A DNA stretch of 64,000 nt, taken from the NCBI GenBank assembly GCA_951406725.2, contig OX597814.1, positions 170,562,001 through 170,626,000 on the forward strand, in the 5' to 3' direction. A program made the translations under genes and the position numbers. The notes beneath the pieces were generated by a model that did not search any database, had not been told where the DNA came from, and was given only the letters and a program-made list of their open reading frames with translations. Source of the stretch: Octopus vulgaris. Taxonomy: Eukaryota. This document shows positions 56,397-64,000 of this stretch, one piece after another (position 1 is the stretch's first letter; each line of letters opens with the position of its first letter).

Positions 56397-58653
56397 GTGG
56401 TTATTTAATTCTTTTACCACTCATCTCCATTTTGCTATCATTCAACAGAGCTCTTTTGCAAACAAGCAGGCAGTCTGTAATATCTGTAATATCTGTAATA
56501 TCAGCTTTTTTACGAACTAGAATCCTTTTGCTCAAGTGAATTCCATCAAATTGCTCACCTTACCAAATATTTGTCTATAGCATTAGTTCTAGAGTTGAAC
56601 TACTCTCTGCATTCCACCTGTGTTACCTTTGTACCAATGAAAATAGTGACTAAGATCTTCACTTTTTTTTTTGTGTTTTCTCAACACTATAAAAGTATTT
56701 GTGTTACTACTGTTGTTGTCTCAAAGCTATGAGATAAAATGTGATTAATTTGAAAAGTGAGTATTATATTCGACAGAGAAATCTGACTGCTAATGGGTTG
56801 AATAATTCAACAGGGACAAATTGGAGGACTGCACTGAACTCTAAAGTTTCCTTTGGCATGGTTTTTTTTACAACTGGATGCTCTTCATAATGTGAACCCA
56901 GTGCTTTTGTTCATGACATCAGCTCTAATGAGTTTGCCATTTAACTAACAAGACAAAAAAAAAAGACCCCCTGACTAAGTGAGAGTGTAGTGTCAGGTCA
57001 CTTGTGAGGTCTCTCATGAGTGTTACTGGCACCCCCACTAGGTTTACCTGGTGGGTGGGATTGCTAGAAATCTAGTAGGACTGAAAACAAGCATGTCCAG
57101 TAAGTTCACCATCACCAATTCACCGCAGGGAAAGTTTACTGTAAGGAATGATCGCCATAAGGAAAGTCTATGGAGAGATAAGTTCACAGTAAAAGAATAA
57201 TTAATATATTACTACTACTACTATTACTACTATCATCAGCATCACTATCATTACTTTCTAGTATCTTATCTTTATTGAATAAAGCTGAGTGGCCTTCAAA
57301 GTGTTCAATATTTGATTTTCCTTTCTTCAAGTTAGCCTTGATGCATTTGTCATGCTGAATCTCATATCATTTCCTCTACCACATCCATATATTCTCTGTA
57401 GCAGTGTTTCTAGTTGTTTAACATCTGCTGTGTACTATGTCCAATAAGTTCACTGTCATCAATTCACCACAGACCTGTCAATAAGATGAAAGAACCTAGT
57501 GTAAGTACAACAACTATCTAGCAGTAGCATGGGTCCTCGGAAATTCCGGGCTGGTGTTCAGTATGCTGGAAGATCATTGGGAGTGAGGCACCCCTTAGCT
57601 TCTTAGATTCTAGAACCCATGTATTTATGTATATTTGTCTTCATATCTGTATATGTTTATCTATCCTTGTCTTGATATCGTGTAATGGCTGTAAATGGGT
57701 GTCATTTTCACACATGCAGTGTTGTTCATTTTCAGTGTTCTGTGTAAATACAGTCAACCTTGGAAAAAAATCACCTTGCTTGGACACAGTTAGTAATAGG
57801 AAGGGCTCCAATAATTGGTGGTGACTTGGTCAGTGAATCTTCTGCAACTGTCAACAATTAATGGCAAGATGAGCTGCTACAGATCACATTATCCTAAAGT
57901 GTGTGTACATGTGGCCAGGGACCACATGAGAACTTGAATTATCACTGAAACTCCTGAACATGACCTTGGTCAGAGCTGGCTCAACCCATCCCAGGTGAAT
58001 GTCACTGCAAGTACAAGTAAGAGCATATTTGAAAGAGAGAGACAACTAAATGAAAAATGTTGAGAAGTCAAAATAAGATCCAAGGGGCAGAAACAAATTT
58101 TTTACCGTAGAGGAGATACATGGTTACCTTACACTATATAAGGTTTGGTGGGAGTAATTGGGATGGGGGTGGAAGGAGAGATTAAGGTGGTGGTTACGAG
58201 ATATCAGAGATACCCTCAAGGTACAAGAAGGTGAAGATGAATAGACGAGAAAAAGAATGGGGACAGAAGAACAGGTAGGGTGGGTGACTAGTTTATTAAT
58301 TAAAATATTTAGGTCCATTTTATTAAAGAAGCAAGTTACTACAATGATAATTACTTCCAGTATGGGTGAATCTGGTCAATTATAATTTTCTTTTTATTTC
58401 TGCATGTATTCACGAACAATAACATTTGTTTGGCTTTGTGTTGACTTACTTTCTCACAGTCAAGTCTTGCAGGCTATTGGCTATGAAAAGAGTTCCTTTT
58501 TTTATTTTATTATTATTTTGTTGAATTCCATATAGATTTTTTTATTTTTTTTCATTCTATCTTTCCTGTTCCTTTGTCCTTATCTAAACTTCTTTGTTTT
58601 TGTTTTTTTTAGTGTTGTTAGCTTCTTGTTTGTAATTTCTTCTTTCCATTCAC

Positions 58654-59765
58654 ACTCTTTTACTCTTTTACTTGTTTTAGTCATTTGACTGCGGCCATGC
58701 TGGAGCACCACCTTTTTAGTCGAGCAAATTGACACCAGGACTTATTCTTTGTAAGCCTAGTACTTATTCTATCAGTCTCTTTTGCCGAACTGCTAAGTTA
58801 CGGGGATGTAAACACACCAGCATCGGTTGTCAAGCGATGTTGGGGAGACAAACACAGACACACAAACATATACACACACATACATATATATACATATATA
58901 TACGATGGGCTTCTTTCAGTTTCTGTCTACCAAATCCACTCACAAGGCTTTGGTCAGCCTGAGGCTATAGTAGAAGACACTCTCATTTGTTTCAGTCATT
59001 TGACAGTGGCCATGCTGGAGCACCACCTTTAGTTGAGCAAATCAACCCCAGGATTTATTCTTTGTAAGACTAGTACTTGTTCTATTAGTCTCTTTTTCGA
59101 ACTGCTAAGTTATGGGGGACATTAACATACCAACATTGGTTGTCTAGTGGTGGTGGGGGAACAAACACAGACACACATATATAGGACGGGCTTCTTTCAG
59201 TTTTCGTCTACCAAATCCAGTCACAGGGCTTTGGTCAGCCCGAGGCTTATAGTACAAGACACTTACCAAGGTGCCATGCAGTGGGACTGAACCTGGAACC
59301 ATGTGGTTGGTAAGCAAGCTACTTACCACTCATCCACTCCTGTGCAGATAAAATTCTATTTGTTTTTTCTGGTAGGATTTCCTTTTGCTATTTTATTATT
59401 TTAAAGAAGCTCACTTTGAAACCATGTGGTTTTGGGTTCAGTTTCACTGCACAGCACTTTGGAAAGGTATCTTCAACCAATGCCTTGTGAGAGAATCAGG
59501 TAGATGGAAACTGTGTGGATGCCCATCATGAATATGTGTGTGTGTGTGTGTATCTTCACGCTTCTGTTTATCTTTGCGTTTCTGTTTATACCCACCACTG
59601 CTTGAGAACTGGTGTTGGTTTGTTTACATCCCCAGAATTTAGCAGTATGATAAAAGAGACCAATGAAATAAGTTTGGAGTCAATTTTTTCAACTAAACCC
59701 ATGAATGCAGTGCTCCAGCATGGCCATGGGCAAATGACTGAAACAAGAAAAATATAAAAGATAAA
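58654..59765. mobile_element. Cluster of three SINE family A copies (two minus, one diverged plus)
   Basis: Homology to 3712-4119. Confidence 0.8.
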
Positions 59766-60119
59766 ACCATTATGTGTTTCTCATTATTTCTCATTACTTT
59801 TTCTTCAATATTTTAATCAAGATTTACAGTCTTTACTTAATAATATCAAACCCCATCTCTTTTCTGTTAGTCCCTGACCAAAACTGATTCACAAACTTGC
59901 AATCTAAGGCATTCTAGCCATGACCATCCCATCTTTTTAGGAATATATAGGATTATACCATCTAATACGTCTCTTCTCTCTTCTCTTTTTAAGATGCTAG
60001 GGCATGATTTGAGGGGAAACTGAAGCTGCTATTTCTAGCTGGTCAAGCAATAATATAGAGGCTCCCTTGTAGGCTTGCTGTTGTTGTTGTTGCTGCTGCT
60101 GTTTGTTTGTTTGTTTGTT

Positions 60120-60503
60120 GAGCGAAGCGGTCTTCGTCCCAGAGCTCGCAAGATCGCACCTCAGGATTATCTGTAGAAGTCCGAAACGTGGTCCTTTGCT
60201 ATTCGTAAGACCCACAGAAGAGAAAGCAGGTAATCCCCGACACCGAGAACATCGACGGATGGGTGAATGCGCATCCAGGCTCAGCGGTTGTGTAGGAAGT
60301 CGGGGACAAGAAACAGGAAGAAAGAGCGAGAGAAAGTTGGAGCGAAAGAGTACAACAGGGGTCGCCACCACTCCCTGCCGGAGCCTCGTGGAGCTTTAGG
60401 TGTTTTAACTCAATAAACACACACAATGCCCGGTCTGAGAATCGAAACCGCAATCCTCCAACTGAGAGTCCACTGCCCTAACCACTGGGCCATTGCGCCT
60501 CCA
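60120..60503 (-). mobile_element. CpG-rich tRNA-derived SINE with (AAAC)n tail
   Basis: Head shared with 27535-27720 but with a different 3' half. Confidence 0.75.
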
Positions 60504-60753
60504 CTGCTGCTGCTGTTGTTTAGCCCCAAGGTCAACCTTAATTGAGTGAACTTATACATTAAAAGTTTTCCAATCGCAACCATCCCATCTTTTTTTCTAT
60601 GTACAGAGAACATTATCTAACATGTCCTTTTTAAGTTAGTAGAATGTGATTTGAGGGATATTTGGCTGCTATTTCTAACAGAGTGATTAACCACGTAGAG
60701 TCTCCTTCACTGGCTCATTTTCTCCCTGTATTTGGGATTAGTGTATTTAATCT

Positions 60754-61228
60754 GGCGGAATTCTGTTTTAAACACCCCGTATAACCTTTCATAACTTTTT
60801 AATTTTTTGCAATTTTCAGAAAATTTTTGTGACTTTGTGTTTTACACATGGGAATTCATACAGTTAAGCAAAAACCAAACATAAAAAATTTTTGGCGTGT
60901 GATTTAAGGACTATTTAGCAGTTATTTTTAGTACATATCACGATCACCTGATACTCTCCCCTAAATACAATTAATGGTCTATTGATGGGATTTAATAAAA
61001 AAAATTTGGACTAACAATATTTGAAACTGGGATTTAGAAAAAAACAAAAATTCGTGAAGTTCAAAAAAATTTTTTTAATTTTGAAAAATTAAAAAAAAAT
61101 CTTTTTGCTTTCATAGTCATTTTTGAATTCCTATGTGTAGATTACAAATTTGCAAAAATTTTTTGAAAGTTCCAAAAAATGAAAAAGTTATGAGGGGTTA
61201 TGTGGGGTGCTTAAAGCAGAATTGCACC
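60754..61228. mobile_element. MITE with ~100-bp imperfect TIRs and 8-bp TSD (Merlin- or Mutator-like)
   Basis: TSD tttaatct at 60746-60753 and 61229-61236. Termini GG...CC. Confidence 0.8.
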
Positions 61229-61807
61229 TTTAATCTATACAGGGTTTAAGATGATGGTTTCAGGAAATAGTGAGTAGTTTTTAGTTTTTATATCTTAGGA
61301 TGTTGGACAAAATGCTTTGTAATAATTAGTTGTAGTCCCATACATTTTGAGTTCAAATTCCTTCAAGGTTAACTTTGCTTTTCATCTTTCTGAAGGATTG
61401 ATCATAAAATTTAGTGTTTGTCAAGTGCCGCGTTGGTATCATCACTTCAGCGCTTAACATCCATCTTCCATACAGGCATGAGTGGGATGTTTGACAGGAG
61501 CCAGCCAGGCAGAAGCCTGCACCAGACTTCTGCAACTGTTTTGGCAGAATTTTTACAGCTGGATATCCTTCCTAACACCAACCACTCAGCAGAGTGGACT
61601 TAGTGCTTTTTACGTGGGACAAGCTCAGGCAAGGTCAATTTTGGCAAGGTTTTTACAGGTGGATGCCCTTCCAAATGTCGACCATTTTACAGTGTGGATT
61701 GGGTGCTTTTAAGTGGCACTTGCACTGACAGGGTTGCCAAGTACTTGCAAGACAAAAAAATCTCTCTTTTGAAAGGAGAGGGGGCTTTGGTGGAGATAAT
61801 ATATAAT

Positions 61808-62110
61808 ATAATGAAATTATTGTATACAGTGCTCAGGTGCACCGCAACTAGTCAAAAGTGCATATATGCAGTAATGTACAAATGTCTGGAAAGTGAACAG
61901 TGTATGAGTCAGATACATGCTTGCGTGTGTATGGAGGTGAGAAAATCAGGTGTAGTGTTGGCGAATCTCAGGAAGCATGGAAGTTTTGAAGGATGCAGTG
62001 CTTCGACAACTAACAATTAATGCCAGCAGTTTGTTCCATGCTTCAGCAACTCTTAGCGTGAAAAAATGTTTCCGAAAGTCATGGGAGCTGTGCTGTTTTC
62101 TGACTTTGTA
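61808..62110 (-). mobile_element. CR1/L2-group LINE 3' end
   Basis: Reverse complement of about 9445-9750. Confidence 0.8.
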
Positions 62111-62406
62111 AACACTAAGTCACATATCTTCATTAAGTTGTTAGTAAATAAGGTAAAACACAGGACTTTGAAATGGGTATGCAGGAAAGGAGTTGGTAGT
62201 TTTACCCAGTGTAAGTTAAAGACACATATGTGATGTAGAGGAATCACAAGCAAGCTAATAGTATTTTTGGTGTCCTGTACCCATATATGCATGTGTATAT
62301 ACATATATATGTAGGTATGTACATGTATGTATATATGCATATATTTATATATTATTTATATTATTATATGATCGAACGCCACACATCCTTTTTCAAGTAA
62401 GTTTTA

Positions 62407-62479
<73 letters not shown>

Positions 62480-62731
62480 TTTATCTTTTATCTGTTTTAG
62501 TCACAAGGCATTTATTGTCCCTGAGTTATGGCAGAAGACACTAGCTTATGGTGCTGCATTGTGAAATTGAACCCATAAGCACTTGGTTGCAAAACAAACT
62601 TCTTAACCACAAACAATGTTCTGAAACTAACTGGAAAAAACCCAAACTTTCTTTTTTTTTCCCCTTTAAAAGAAGACTACATACATTCAGTGCAATGGGC
62701 TGATATGAAGAAATCAAAATCTGAACCACAG

Positions 62732-62830
62732 AGAAATCCCCCAGTAGTTGCTGTGGTTATGACAAAAGAAAAAAAGATTTGTTGAAGTGTCACAAATCCA
62801 AACTAAATGCAGTAGAAGGAGATTTTGTCA
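62732..62830 (+). other. Candidate exon (xKSPSSCCGYDKRKKDLLKCHKSKLNAVEGDF)
   Basis: aaccacag| acceptor paired with ctgtggtt (62751-62758). Open frame, with weak donors at 62826 (gtcagt) or 62830 (gttaga). Confidence 0.3.
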
Positions 62831-63302
62831 GTTAGATCTGAGATATCTTCTGCAGGAAAACATGAAAGAAATACCATAAAGAACTTTCCAGATATACTGT
62901 AAATAATAGGTATGTTTAGATATTTTCTTCCTTTGGATAACTTTCCTTCTCCTTCAGCTTCTTCTGAGAAGTTCTTGCTGAGATCAAAAAAAATGTTTCG
63001 GCTTTTTTTTTTGTTTTTTTTTTTTTTGTTTTTTGGGGGTGGTGATGGGGCATATGCGGTTATGTGCAATAGTTTTATAGTTTATTTATGCAACGTTTCG
63101 ATGTAGTTTCCACTATTGTTTCTACTATTTTCTACTATTATCGCACATTGTATGTTAACCATATTTCATGTTGCTGTAGAGCCACCTGCAGCATATATAT
63201 ATAAATAAAATAGACATGCACGCATGCACACACACACACACGTATGTATGTATGTATGTATGTATGTATGTATATATGTATGTAAATGTATATATATATA
63301 TA

Positions 63303-63349
<47 letters not shown>

Positions 63350-63560
63350 ATATATATACATACACATACATACATACATACATACATACATACATACACA
63401 CATATATATATATATGTATATGTATATATATATATATTTATTTATAAGTATCATTTCTTCACCTTTGGATGCAATCTAAAGATGTATATAAAACAGAGAA
63501 ACAGAATTGTGGAGTCACACATGTATGCACACACACACACACACACACAAACATACCTCT

Positions 63561-63654
<94 letters not shown>

Positions 63655-63765
63655 TTGTGTGTGTGTATATATATATAAATATATACATACATATACGTGT
63701 ACACACATTTACATATATATACATGTATATATATACATATATATATGTGCATGTGTGTGTGTGTG

Positions 63766-63830
<65 letters not shown>

Positions 63831-64000
63831 CATGCATCTTTACACACACACACATATATTAATGTATTCTACCTGTGGAGTAGAAGAAGAAATGTGTAAT
63901 CACTGAGGTTTGTTTTATTTCTCCTTTGTGTCTTGGCTTAATAGTTTTGTGCTAAGTGAATGAAACCCCATGTAAGCTAACAGACTGCAAGTTCCAATCG

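Overview
AT-rich eukaryotic DNA with a very high density of microsatellites and transposon relics. The SINE families and microsatellite load suggest a coleoid cephalopod, most likely Octopus; this is inference, not a database result. The only long intact ORF is the reverse transcriptase of a 5'-truncated CR1/L2-group LINE (38973-40991). The rest is mostly tRNA-derived SINEs, mariner/maT/Tigger/hAT relics and MITEs, RTE and R4/Dong retrotransposon fragments, and Penelope-type repeats. Two things are not explained by the repeats. (1) Short unique-sequence islands lie between the microsatellites and carry + strand splice signals. At five loci (about 14.6k, 30.0k, 32.9k, 41.5k, 51.1k) the island pairs colinearly with a downstream intronic partner, using G-U wobbles that only work on the + strand. 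Many of the candidate exons have length 3n+2. This looks like the interior of a large + strand host gene with an array of RNA-structure-controlled, possibly ADAR-edited and mutually exclusive small exons. The host gene could not be identified. (2) Several Penelope/retrozyme-type elements carry hammerhead ribozyme motifs and form foldbacks, including a spacer-less 492-bp palindrome with an intact hammerhead on one arm and a core-mutated one on the other. All pairings and alignments were done by eye; repeat boundaries are approximate.
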